Source: Eremomyces bilateralis CBS 781.70 (taxonomy: Eukaryota). Taken from it: 64,000 nt of DNA. The stretch lies in the NCBI GenBank assembly GCA_010015585.1, contig ML975157.1; one strand, 5' to 3'. Below the pieces are notes generated by a model. It saw nothing but the letters and a program-made list of their open reading frames with translations. It was not told where the DNA came from and searched no databases. The position numbers and the translations under genes are program-made. Shown here piece by piece: positions 1 through 12,118 of the stretch (the stretch's first letter is position 1; every line of letters begins with the position of its first letter).

Positions 1-1061
1 CTGCAACAAGGTCCATTCTATTCAACGACTGCTCCCTTCCGAATCATCCACATCACCAGAGCCTCGGTAATCGCGTACTAAGCGAATAGGGGCGGGGCGT
101 ATTGCTCCAGGCCATTAGATCGGAGCAATTGATTCCCTTATTATCAGATGTAGCCCATCTACATTGTGAAGGGGATTCTTGAAGCAGTCCAGGCTCCCAC
201 ATCCAACTATGCTATGAGAAACCTGGTAACGAGCAACCCCGCTCCGTCGTGAAGGTTTCAAGGAACTACGGGTTCATATCTGATAGCCATCAGATTTCGT
301 TCGCCCCGTATGACATTAAAAAAATGCCTCTGTTCATCGGGGATATTTTTATGGGAATAGATTGCGCAACGCTCAAGGCGGACCTAGCATATGATCCTGG
401 TGTACGATTGAGAGATATAATGATCGATGTAGATTTGTTCAGGGATAAAATCCGGGCAATTGGGTTCACCGAGCTAGGTGTGGTTGCAAACGTTTGAGAA
501 CAAACTGCGCCATTTCAATCCGTAGGCTACTAAATATATCGGTAGCTAATTTCAGGCTGGGATTGCGTACTGTTGCAAATTTCCGTACCCTGATGGCACA
601 GCTGCGGGATTTCTGTCCAAGCATTCCAAACAAGCTGGAGAGGAGGTTTCGTCCACATCGCAACCAGTATAATCAAATCGGGCGTCGTTAGATTCATTTA
701 TTGGCCAGCAATGGACTCATATGTTGAGCTTATATGCATGGTAGTTGGGAAGGTAGTTCAATAATTGACAAATGACAACCAAGGGCACAAAATCTTCTCT
801 GTTCCCCAAGCTGACGCTAACACGTTTCTGCCCGTTCTAGGTTGATTTGTTCTAGAACCGTTGTACCTTGGTGGGCCATTCAACAAAACTTTCACCGGGT
901 GTTGTCATGGTGGAACCCCTGGGCCTGATGAGTGGTTTATTGCTGGATATGTTGCCCGTCTCGTAATCAGAACCCCAAATGACGCGCGTGCGGCTTTGAT
1001 TGGGTCGATGGTCGACCTTCCACCGCATGAGGTGGTGAGTTGGAAGACTGGAGAAGTCTGA
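1..1061 (+). CDS. 3' part of a multi-exon hypothetical gene running in from the left edge (exon structure uncertain)
   Basis: Short open segments (ISFAPYDIKKMPLFIGDIF..., LRDFCPSIPNKLERR, FIYWPAMDSYVELICM, YLGGPFNKTF...) separated by intron-like GT..AG stretches; no family recognised. Confidence 0.3.
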
Positions 1062-2368
1062 GGGATTTCCCACCTTATGCCATGTGGCTGACTGGCTGGT
1101 CCGTGAAAGGGCATTTGACGTGCTTACAGGCCTTCATCACGATTAGGGGACAGATATATCTAGCTTTTGAGGATACCGATGAGTTATAATAATGAATCAT
1201 CCTGACCGCGCATCTTCTCCTGTTTCCTTCCTTTGGTTACAGCTCCAAAGCATTCTTTCGAGTCATCACCTATCCTCAGCCCCCAGTTAAGCCTAGCAAT
1301 AGCCTGGCATATATATACTTCCATTAAGTCCTATACCTTCCTACAGTACCCTATCGACATATTACCAGGTTCTTTCTTGTTGAGCATTCGTGCAACATCG
1401 ATATCAACCAATACCACCCATTGTCCGCTCTTCATTCGCTCGACCCTTTATCAATCCATCCTGGTTCATCGGCGCCCCCCACCACCACCAGATCGGCTGT
1501 CATCAGGGCACACACCTTCTGCTATCAGTCCGCGTGTGACTCCGATTCAGGAACGCGTCAAGATATCAGACCAAAGACCGTAAATTTAGAATCGAAGGGA
1601 ATTGCTGCTACGACGTTGATTAAGCACAAAGGCCATTTATTACCCCTCTCAAAGACTCGATCTGAATCCCCTGGCTAAACCCGATTCGGCGAGCAACTCA
1701 GGGCTGGAACTTGGAACTTGGAAGAGACGCGGGGCAATTGGCGCAATTGGACTCTGTCCTCCGCAATCTGATAAGCTCGGTCGAGTGAGCAACGTCAACT
1801 GCATCCCCAGCTGCAGAGTGAACACCCCTCCTGATCAAGCCATCAATCTCCGTGTCCGTTACCTTATCGGCCGCCACATTCGCTCCAGGAATCCCTATCA
1901 GTCTCGAGATATCGTACCGACAGGTGCTTACCTTGCATTCCCACTTCTGAAAAGGGATCCCCTCCCTCATCGAGTCATCGCCCATCAAAGACTCCTTCCT
2001 GCTACCGACCGCTCTTTTGCACGACCACCGACGTCGTACCCCCGCCATTCGCTATCATCTCGAAGCCGTTTCTTTGACGGAACTACGGATACGGCTTCCC
2101 TGATTCCTCATTCGCACCGCTTCGATAGCGCCGTCGCCACTGCATATCTCCGAAACCGCTCCACCCATCCCGGGCTACGACATACGCATGGTTCTAGACA
2201 ATCGTACGGAGCCTCGAATCGACCATCCGTCGTGAGACAATCGCGGTGAAGACGCAGTGGACTGCATGTACGCCGAATCCGTCCGTGCCTTCTTGTTTGC
2301 GTCGATCATACGGACCTTTATCATACATTCGCGATCTGTAAGCGAGTACCCGAGATTTGGTAGGCAGC

Positions 2369-3674
2369 ATGACTTCCACCCACCGCTCTTCGTCAAATAA
2401 AAGGCCTCCCTATCCCCTGACGGCATCTACGACCCCTGGTGCGACTGCCCTGCCGAAGCACTCGCGAGTTTCATCGCATCTGAAGCAGAGAGGTGCACAG
2501 TCGGGGAGGAAACCCAAGGCGTCACGGAAGCAAGAACAGTCCGAACCTGACGACGACGACGACGACGAAATGGTGATGAGTTTTCTGAATTTTTGGTATG
2601 TTCCTTACTACATACCGAATTATTATGAAACCATCGGAAAAGTGTTCGTTGCTAACGAGATGGGCGTGTAGTGCAATATGCGGAAATCAGATCGTCCATC
2701 CTGACCACAGCTATCTGTACTGCTCAGAAAAGTTAGTCGCATTTAATCAACCGCCGTGGAATCCATGCTAATACAATTGCGAATCCAGGTGCCGAAAACA
2801 GGACTGCAACTCGACATGGATGTCGTACGTTCACCAGTCCCCCCCAGCCTCGCCTTTTTCTACCACCGAATTCGAGGATATGGCTCCAGTCCGTGACATC
2901 GTCCCTCAGCGGTCACCTCGCGCTCCTGGGTTGGTTTCCCGCGTCTCCGAGACATCGATCTCATCCGATGAACAAGAGCAGTCGCATGAACAAGAACGCA
3001 AGAGCCGGTCTCCAAGAAAATCCGTCTCCCGTCAGGACTCGGAAGCAGCGCGATATCTCCGGCAGTTCCAATCATCCAGTTCAATAGCTAGACCTCAGCC
3101 CAATCGCTCAACCACGTCCGCATCTCTGACGCCATCCCTCTCCGACTCTCCTTCTTCGACCCCCGGAACCAATGTGGCCTTCTCCTTCCCCTACCAGACA
3201 ACATCAGCCTTTAGCCCCTCCGCTCGGCCGCTACCCCCGCGCGTGAACCCCCTCTTATCCCCGCATACACCCAGCTATCCACGATCTGACCTCCTCGTGC
3301 AACCCTCTCTCTCCCTCACCTCCTCCACCGCACCCGCTCTCACCACCCGCCACTCCGCCTCCGCCGCTTCGAAATCCTACTCATCGACTACCACGATTAC
3401 ACCTGGTCGACCCCCTTCCCAAACCCCCCCATCCCGCTCGGTTTCCCACGCGCTGCTCCCAAGCCTCAAGACCGCACCGCTCACGAGCACGACAACCGGG
3501 ATCGACGACGACGCAGAGATCTTCTATCAGCGGGTACCGCTGCGAACGGGGAGAAATGAGGCCTCGGCGGGTGCGGGGAGCTTGAAGCAGCTGTTTAGCT
3601 TCCAGCAGATGCAGGCGGGGCCGACGCCGGTCGGTGGCACCTCGTCTCCTACGAAGAGGGGGATTTATGATTGA
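2369..3674 (+). CDS. Ecl1/2/3-like life-span regulatory factor domain protein with Ser/Pro/Thr-rich tail (3 exons)
   Basis: Removing introns 2596-2671 and 2732-2788 gives FLNFCAICGNQIVHPDHSYLYCSEKCRKQD, the CxxC...YCSxxC Ecl1-type Zn motif; continues in ORF 2820..3674. Confidence 0.75.
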
Positions 3675-4739
3675 GGACAGGGAGATTTTTGACGAGTTTC
3701 CCCTGCAGCCAGGAATAGTGAGAGGGGAAAATTAGATGGCAGTGGTAATATTATTTACGCTTCTATTTGTCGGATTGCTTGTTGTTGGAGAGAATATCGT
3801 CCGGGACGAAGGCTCATGTGGATAAAAGTTATGATTGGCGGGATATATTTAGGTCACAGGATAATCCAATTAGATGCGACGGCCTCGCGGCCCCATACGC
3901 TTTATATAAGCACATTGCTCATCTGATGCTGCGCCTGAAGCAATTGAATGAAATCGTTGCGATCATCTCGACGTGCCTGAGTTCTCCATCATTAGTTCTA
4001 GTCCTGCCTTTTTGAACGCTCCATCGCGGAGTCGCCATGGGCTCCACTACCACCAAATCAATCACCGGTCAATGATGGCGCATGTGTGGGGTAACTGCCC
4101 TTAATTGATTTTAGTCACATGAAAGGGGAAGGGAAAGCAGAGAATGAATCGCACTTTTATGTATCACGTTGATACGGCCGGTTGGCTCCGAGTGCTGTGG
4201 GGGTCGCAAGGCGACTCTCACTCAACGGAGCCAAACCGACAAAATAGGAAGAGAAGCCAGCCTGTGTATCACCACCTGCGGGCGATATGGACTACAGTAA
4301 TTAAAAGGGAAAAACAAGAAAAGCACGCAGGGGCACCAGGGAGCAAGCGGCAGGGGTGAGATCACTTAGTGAAATCACTTTTTGGGGGTCGCAAACCGAC
4401 TTTCATCCAGCAATGGAAAACAGAAAGAAACAGGGAAAACGAGCAAAGTCCACCAGGTGCTGGGTCACAAACCAACTTTCACCCAATACGCCAGACAATT
4501 AGGACAAGAAGAACTATCGCAGTGCCATCCATTGTGGTACCACAGGGTGTTGAAAGCAGGAGTACATTATTCGAAAAAGAAAAGCAAAGGAAAGGATTGG
4601 ACCAGTCATTTAAACCCCATTTTTGTGATAGTGCACTCAGTGTGCTTTTTGATATGATCCTCATCGATCATCACCGCCGTCAAGAGACAAAGTTCTTGAA
4701 AAGATCCCCAAGCAATGGGTCGGCCAATTCGTCAACACC

Positions 4740-7143
4740 CTACGGCTGCTGAGCAGAGGAGAGGCCCAGCTGTGCAGAGGCAGTGGCCTGCTGAGTAGAG
4801 GAAGTGGCCTGCTGGGTGGAGAAAGAGGCCTGCTGGGCAGAGGAAGGGCCCGGTTGCGTAGAGCCAGTGGGCTGCTGAGGAGGGAATGCGGATAAGGTAG
4901 CAGCAGTCTTCTGCCTCCTAAACTTCCTGCGGAGCGTAGAGTTCGCTAGGCGACGGTACTGAGCGTCCTCACGGCACATGTAGGAGTAATACCAAGACGC
5001 GTTTCCATGCTCGAACGAGCATTCAAGGCTGCAATCATTATGCGTGCGCACCTTGGCCTGCAGTTTCCTGATGCGCTTCGTGGGCCTGACCCAGATATCC
5101 CGAAGGTTGAGATCTTCCACAAAAGGATGGATAGCATGATCCTTTTCCATGCAATCGATGCAGAGGCCGTCGAAATATCGATGGGCATGGCTGGCGAGAA
5201 GGTGAACCATGTCTTCGAGCATCCTTGCACACGTGCGGCAACCCGCAAGTGCGGGCATTCGGAAGGTCCGGAGCTTCTGAAGGATCTCACTGATCGACAT
5301 GCGCTGGGTGGCTTCGTGCACCGGGAAGACACCGTGTTGGATCAAGGCTTCGACGTAGCAGCCGACGGTCTGGCTCTTGTAGATGCAGTTGGCGTCGTTT
5401 CCGCGATGATCAGGCAGGTAAACATGCGAGGCGGCACCGGTCAACTTGCGAGCAGGACTCCACGCGTAGGTCAGAAGCATAAACATAGGGTACTCCAGGC
5501 CTTTCACGATCTGGTTGCGGACACGGCCTCTGGCAAAGTCAAGTTGCTCTGTTGAGTAACGTTAGGATTATCAATTGAACCAAGACACTGAGGAGGAACT
5601 TACGCATGATACGAGCAGGCAATTCGAGTCGTTCATTGGTAATGGGACGCGTCCTCTGGTAGCCCTGTTGGGCGTAGGTATCGTGGTAGTACACGATATA
5701 TCGGGTCAATCTCGCGAAAGATCTCGCCGCGTCGAAATGGAATGCCGGTGCAAGCAATTCTCGGGATTGGGGTGGGATAAGCGGAACGTGGCCCAGACGC
5801 CAGGCATACCAATGGTCGAACCAGGTAGATCCAATAGAAAGTTCCATGGTGAGAGAATCGAACGTGCTCAAGACCTCATAGATTTTGTCGAGCGGGCAAT
5901 CAAACGTCCCCTCGAAATCCGCATTGTGGATTGAGAGGAACACGATCTTCATGCAGAAGATATCCTGCGAATAGATCATGATGGGGTGAGAATGATCCTG
6001 GCCTTCGGCAAACGGTCCGTTGAGCAAAATGTCGAAGAACTCGGCACCGGGGGTGGTGGTGAGAAGCTTCTTAGACACCTTGAAGTCCTGGTGAAGGCCC
6101 AACTCCATGCGAGTCACCCTGCGCTCCCTCGCCTTTCGAAGACACTCCCCTTCGAAAGGGCCAAGAGGTCCTCCGTCAACAGTCCATTCAATCGTAGAGT
6201 CAGGGCTCCAATCGTCCGCAGTCCACTCTTCGTCTTTCACGGATGAAGATGGAAGATCGAATGAGTCCGCAGAGCTAGATGCTTCCGTAGAGGTGGATAC
6301 CCCCACAGAGCTAGATGCCTCCGCAGAAGAACCCTGGGTAGAAGACATATCCACAGAGTTGGAAGCCCCTGCAGGAGGCGGAGCCGCAGAGAGCAACACA
6401 TCAGGCACAGGCAGGCCTTCAACCGGGGCACGTTCGCAACACTGGTAGTTGTCGTCCATGCACTCACGACCAAGAACCATCGGCTTGCTTTCCGCTTCCT
6501 TGATGATTGCCCAGAAATCCTCATATTCTTCCACCAGTTCTTCGGGCTCCGGCAGCGTTTCCTTGAATCGAGTGTACTTCGGGATGGGGCGCTCTTCCTC
6601 GAGGATGCGGGCAACGACGTCATAGGTGTCCATGTCCTTTACCGGCAGCAGCTGGAATGCCTTGTGCAGGTCGTCGTTGTCGGGACGATCTCGCTGGACG
6701 ACGCGGATGATGATGCTGTCGTCACCGGTTTGGCCCTTGCCCTTAGACTGAGTAGGGACGGGGGCGTCGTCGGCTCTCCCCTTGCCTTTAGAATGAGTAA
6801 GGATGGGGGCGGCATCGTCGATACGCAACTCATGGCCTTGAGGTTCGACCGTGAAAGGGACATCTGCTCCCTGTTTGCCCTTGCCTTTATTAGGTGACAT
6901 TGTAGGTCGGAGGTCTCCGATGGTAGTGTCATCAAGGTTGAAATTATCGAAGATTGACACTGGACGCGAAACATGTCCCTTGGAGATATTGGTATCGACC
7001 TTGCCATTATTGAAGATTGACGCATGAGGCCCAACTATCTTCTCAGTAGCATTTCCATCGAGATTGATATTATTGAAGATGGCCACCCCAGATGCAATGG
7101 TTGCTTCAGGGGTGGTGGCATCGAGCTCCAAGATCGCGGTCAT
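4740..7143 (-). CDS. Hypothetical protein with degenerate BTB/POZ-like domain and Cys-containing C-terminus (2 exons)
   Basis: ORFs 5539..7143 and 4740..5507 joined by intron 5549-5603 (GTAAGT..CAG); BTB-like FKVSKKLL...FFDILLNGPFAEG and C-terminal CRTC and YFDGLCIDCM. Confidence 0.65.
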
Positions 7144-7989
7144 TGAGTCTATGGCCCAGGTCAGTGATTGACGACGACAACCGAAACATTTTTAGTAATT
7201 TCTTGAGTAGGGACTTTGGAAGTAGGCGAATCCCATAACGGGTCATCGACGGCATACATGCTGTTTGTGGAGAGTTATAGTGGATCAACTCACTGGGACG
7301 GAATTTCGGATTCCAGTGTGCGGTCACCCAGTTTGGTGCGGCCGCGCTGCCTCCCCCAGGTTGCTCTCCTGACATTCCGAGTGGGCTTAGACGATGCTTG
7401 ATGGGGGGATATGATGCTAAACCTGATGATGTTCTTCCTGGGAGTAACAAAAGTTGACGTAATGCGATGCTAGTTGAAACGATCGAAATCTGCTGATGAG
7501 AGTAAAATGGAAGGTGGGCTGCGTGGGAGGGGATGTAAGTGATAGCGACAAATAAATCACGATTCAATCATCGCGATACTTACTGTCCAGTCTAGACGAA
7601 TGAGGGGTGGCGGTAGAGTCCGGTCGCCCGGTTGCGCCAGTGTCGCGATGTTGAGCAGCATCTCAGGGACGGGGACATTGAAGCAATTCGATACAGTACA
7701 GTACGCACAGTACGAACCCGAGGGGCAGACATATTTCCTCCACCCATTGTCCCTTCTTTGTTCTCAGGATGGTAAGGGGATCACAAGCAGGAAATTCGTT
7801 CGACAATTAACCATAGCAGACTGTATTGGTCAACAGGCTATGGATACTATGAACGCCATATCGGTATATCTCTAGCAAAGATCAGCGCACTTGTCTCCGC
7901 CAAAGAGCGAGAACAAGAATCAGAAAAGCTAAGAGGCCGGTAACAAGGGGCAAAGAGTATGTACTTAACCCGATTGTCGACGGGTATAG

Positions 7990-9013
7990 TCACAGACTCC
8001 CTGACGCTCCAAGCGGCGGTATACGGTCATTGAGATAGGACTCAAGGTCATCTATCTCTTCTGGGTCAGCAGAATGCACCAACCCCCTACATGAAGTGTT
8101 AGTCTGATATGCCTCTGAAAGCTCCAAGTCAAAGACGTACGCATATGTTCTGAAGTCAACATCATATCCCCACTGCTTCAACACTTCTGCAGACGTTTTT
8201 CCAGCCGCATGTTTGACCACTTGATCTTCATCACCGTGGCCTATAAAGATTTTCGTCTCTTTGTTCGCATTGTTCGCATCCGCAATCATGGCTTGCGCTT
8301 TGTCTTTCAACAACAAGTAACAGCTCAACCCGAATATCCCCCCAAGTTTGTGAGGAGAGGTTAAACCGCTCAGTAGGGACATGGCACCCCCTTGGGAGAA
8401 ACCGCCGAGTACGATGCGGTTCGATGGAATCCCCTTTTTGATCTCAGCGTTGATGAGCTCGTGAAAATAGGCCCTTGAGCGGTTGATGCCTGTCTCATCT
8501 TCCGCACGTTTCAATTCGTCCAGTGATGCCTGAGAGCGGTCAACCTATGATCAAAGGGATCACGAGGGTTGCTATCAACATACGATGTCGTACCATCCAG
8601 GCATCCGCATGCCCATGTTCTATATCCTCAGTCAGCAGAGTCCACGAAAAACATGCATCAGAAGCTTACAAGGGTGATGGGAATATTCGGCGCGCTGGGG
8701 AAGATGAACGACACTTCCTCGAACTTATTCCGCATTCTCCAGTTCTCCGCCAGCCAAACCCTATGGGGTCAGTGTCCACACTATGGCGTGAGGGTCGTAC
8801 TTCTCTTACCAGCCAACGCCACTAGCCGCACAATATCAGTTATTGAAGCTTCAGAATTGTGCCAGAGTATTTCTGCTCACCTGTCACCTAGGCCATGAGC
8901 AACTATCACCTATTCTTTGTGAGTTTCTTCCTATTTGAAGGCAAGGGTCCTCAATCAACACGTACAGTTGCAGTATGCCGCTTGAGGGCGGGGACCACGA
9001 GGGCTTTCGACAT
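7990..9013 (-). CDS. APT1: Acyl-protein thioesterase 1 (phospholipase/carboxylesterase family), 7 exons
   Basis: Spliced product MSKALVVPALKRHTATVIVAHGLGDSGVGW...FIFPSAPNIPITLNMGMRMPGWYDI...GGFSQGG...HGDEDQVV...GLVHSAD; Ser-Asp-His triad motifs. Confidence 0.93.
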
Positions 9014-10060
9014 TGTGGAATTGTCCCAAAGACCGATTGGTTAACGACAAGGCCTCCTTGGATGGCGGTAGGGTGCAGTCCAAAAGGTCCACAGCAAGTT
9101 TCAAAGGGTTGATATGAGCGAAGATGCACCTTGCAAGAGATGCAATTACAACAGACTGTGGGCCCTGGACATGGAAGTGAGAATGCCGGACCGAGGTTTA
9201 GCCGAGTGGGGCTTCCCGTCCCCGCTGGTTTCTCTCCGATCTGCCGATGATTCAGATATCGTTTCCACTGCCCCAACCGCCATCAGATGGAAAAGGCATC
9301 GGCTTTGGTAAATAGCCGATGTAAGGGCTCCAGAAATCATCAATGACAGTATGCACTCTAAAGGCTTATTCTACAGGATATGATGGTTCATTTAGAGTTA
9401 GCGGACCGAGCCTTATCCACGTGACATCCATGCACGGACTATTATGACTGGGATGTGGAATCCTTGTCGTTCCTGCCGGTGTGGAGGTGTTCCTGCTGTC
9501 CTGCATATGCTTATTAAGCCGAAAGGCCTGTATGATGTATCGCTCTTTCCTTGAGTTGGAGAGGTCTTCGAAACTTTATTTCAACCAGAGGCGTACAGAT
9601 CCTATCTTTGCCGACTTCCTACACGTACAGACACAGGTACAGGTACTCATAATCTGTGTGTGATGAATGCGTGACAGGCAGCTTTGCATTGAGATTTGGG
9701 ACCTTTCATTAACCCACCGAGAAAAGACATCTCTCACAAAGCCCGTTGTTGGAGGGCCTTCATCTGAGGGCCTGCGAGAACGTGGTAATACTCGGGCCAA
9801 TACCTCATCTGAGATATATTGAGCCCTCGAGTGAACTTCTATTCACAACGGCTCATTATTCAACCATTGTTGCCTTGTGAATGAACCTTCTGGGCCCATA
9901 AATTGAGCCATCTACTTAACCCGCTTTCCTTGATTTGCCACTTTGACTTATCTCATACTTCGATTCCTTTCCACGTTCTCACTCTTCACGTCCTCACGCA
10001 ACTCGACTGGCCTTAAACTTTCCTATCGTGGTGTTGACGCCAGCGCAAAAACTAACCATC

Positions 10061-12118
10061 ATGACAATACGTGTAACGCGAAGCCGAGCGAAGGCTCTAG
10101 TTCCAAGCGAACAGAACGATGTCTCCAAACTAGGGTTCCACATCACCAAGAACCTCATAATTCCCATTACTCCAGAATCTCAGGAGGCCATCAAGGAAGC
10201 TGTGCCAAACACCGTCGATGAACCCGCGGCATCAATGCTGATCACCCCCGTCACCCTTGCGACCGTCACTAGAGAGAAGGGTGAAGTCATGGATGAGCTT
10301 CCGGATAATCTTGGACCCTTGCCTTCACCTTCAACATCTGCGTCTGTTGAGGCCCAACCGGCCGCCACTGGGCAGAAGCGTAAAGTCCTGGACGAGCTTC
10401 CGCATAATCTTGGACCCTTGCCTTCGCCTTCAACATCTGCGTCTCCTACTGTCCAACCGGCCAAGATACGCGTGAGAAAGGGTAAAAAGACTGCAACGAC
10501 GGAGCCCAGTGTGAACAGCAACATATCAACTGTCAAAGTAGACGTTGTGGCCAAGCCGCTCTCAGAACCGAAGAAACGACCCCGTCGAGACAGGGCTACG
10601 GCCACCGAGAATGCCACGAAGCCGAGCAAGAATGATGCTAGCACCTTGAAGGATGAAGAAATAGATGAGGCATCTAAGAAAAAGTCAGCCCGTAGCAACA
10701 ACCGCAGAGTTGTCAAAGCTAATAGTGGGGATACGAGTGAAGAACATGCCGAGAAAGCTTCAATTGAGCCAACGGAGCTGATCGAGGCTGCGCCAGTAAA
10801 GAAGCGGACCCGACGATCTAAGGCTTCTGATGCAGATACCGTCATAAATGGGATCAAGGATGTGGAAGATGATGTGAAGGCCGAGGACGATTCTGCAGAT
10901 GAGTATGTCGAGGCTCCAAAGAAAAAGAGGGTACGGAAATCCAAGAAATCTGCGTCAGCACAAATCGAAGATGCTCTTCCAGAGACCACAGCAGATCTTG
11001 CAGCCAAAGTCGAGGCGGAACAGGACGAAGCGTCGAAAGTGAAGAAAGTGAAGAAGGTTAACTACGGTCTTACGCCTGGCGAGACTCCGTTCCCTGAGTG
11101 GCCGGCACCTAGCCATGAGCAATGCTATGAAGTGGCGAGGCTACTTTCTGATGTCCACGGTGAAGTGGTGCCTCCAAAGGTAATCCCAGCACCTTCGACT
11201 ACTGTTTCAGGATGTGGCGAGGTTCCCTCTGTCCTTGATGCTCTTATTCGCACGCGATTGAGCGCCGCAACAACTGGAACAAATTCTTCTCGTGCATTCC
11301 AAGGGCTTGTTACTACCTTCGGCATTCTGGACGAAGGCATCGGCAAAGGAAGTGTGGACTGGGACAATGTTCGTCGATCGGACGTGAAGGAGATTGAACA
11401 AGCCATCAAGAGTGGTGGACTGGCGGAGACGAAGAGCAAGGACATCAAAGCGATCCTCGAGATGGTGTACGATGAAGGTCAGGCACGCAGGGACGCTCTT
11501 GTCGTCGCGCAACAGACCGGAGATTCGGACCAAGGACCTGCTGGTGCAGAGTACCTGAACAACGGACAGAAACAGAGAGACATTGACCGTGCCAACTCCA
11601 ACGTGCTTTCCCTCGACCATCTTCATAGCCTCCCTTCGGAAGAAGCGTTCACCGAGATGGTCAAGTACCCCGGCATCGGCCCTAAGACCGCGTCTTGCGT
11701 TCTCCTATTTTGCCTCCAGCGACCGTCCTTCGCTGTCGACACGCACGTATTCCGCCTTTGCAAGTGGCTTGGCTGGGTGCCTCCGGGCAAAGCAAACCGC
11801 AACAACACCTTTTCGCATTGCGAAGTGAAGATCCCTGATGAACTCAAGTACCCGCTTCATCAGTTGTTCATCAAGCATGGAAAGACGTGCCCTCGCTGCC
11901 GTGCTGCGACATCTGAGGGTGCGAAAGGCTGGGAGGAAGGCTGTGCGATTGATCACCTTCTCACGAGGACCGGGGTGAGGAAGGGCCCGAAGCCCCCAAA
12001 GCAGAAGAAGCCGAAGAAAGAAGAGGATGATGGGAGCGAATCGGAGTTGTCGGATGTGCCTGAAGGGATGTCGGATACAGAGGAGCCTGCGGAGGAGCCT
12101 GCAGAGTCCGATGAGTGA
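10061..12118 (+). CDS. HhH-GPD superfamily DNA glycosylase with long Lys/acid-rich disordered N-terminus
   Basis: Single ORF; HhH motif YPGIGPKTASCV, catalytic FAVDTHV, C-terminal HGKTCPRC...GC. Confidence 0.9.
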   Translation: MTIRVTRSRAKALVPSEQNDVSKLGFHITKNLIIPITPESQEAIKEAVPNTVDEPAASMLITPVTLATVTREKGEVMDELPDNLGPLPSPSTSASVEAQPAATGQKRKVLDELPHNLGPLPSPSTSASPTVQPAKIRVRKGKKTATTEPSVNSNISTVKVDVVAKPLSEPKKRPRRDRATATENATKPSKNDASTLKDEEIDEASKKKSARSNNRRVVKANSGDTSEEHAEKASIEPTELIEAAPVKKRTRRSKASDADTVINGIKDVEDDVKAEDDSADEYVEAPKKKRVRKSKKSASAQIEDALPETTADLAAKVEAEQDEASKVKKVKKVNYGLTPGETPFPEWPAPSHEQCYEVARLLSDVHGEVVPPKVIPAPSTTVSGCGEVPSVLDALIRTRLSAATTGTNSSRAFQGLVTTFGILDEGIGKGSVDWDNVRRSDVKEIEQAIKSGGLAETKSKDIKAILEMVYDEGQARRDALVVAQQTGDSDQGPAGAEYLNNGQKQRDIDRANSNVLSLDHLHSLPSEEAFTEMVKYPGIGPKTASCVLLFCLQRPSFAVDTHVFRLCKWLGWVPPGKANRNNTFSHCEVKIPDELKYPLHQLFIKHGKTCPRCRAATSEGAKGWEEGCAIDHLLTRTGVRKGPKPPKQKKPKKEEDDGSESELSDVPEGMSDTEEPAEEPAESDE
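10283..10444 (+). repeat. Intragenic direct duplication (two ~63 bp copies, 99 bp period) encoding V(M/L)DELP(D/H)NLGPLPSPSTSAS
   Basis: 10283-10345 and 10382-10444 are near-identical. Confidence 0.9.

Noticed and set aside
9660..9767. Possible box C/D snoRNA (GTGATGA...CTGA)
   Set aside because: No terminal stem and no guide complementary to rRNA that I could recognise; an Rfam/snoscan search would be needed
10180..11007. 275-aa minus-strand ORF
   Set aside because: Antisense to the glycosylase N-terminus; Ser/Phe-rich mirror composition
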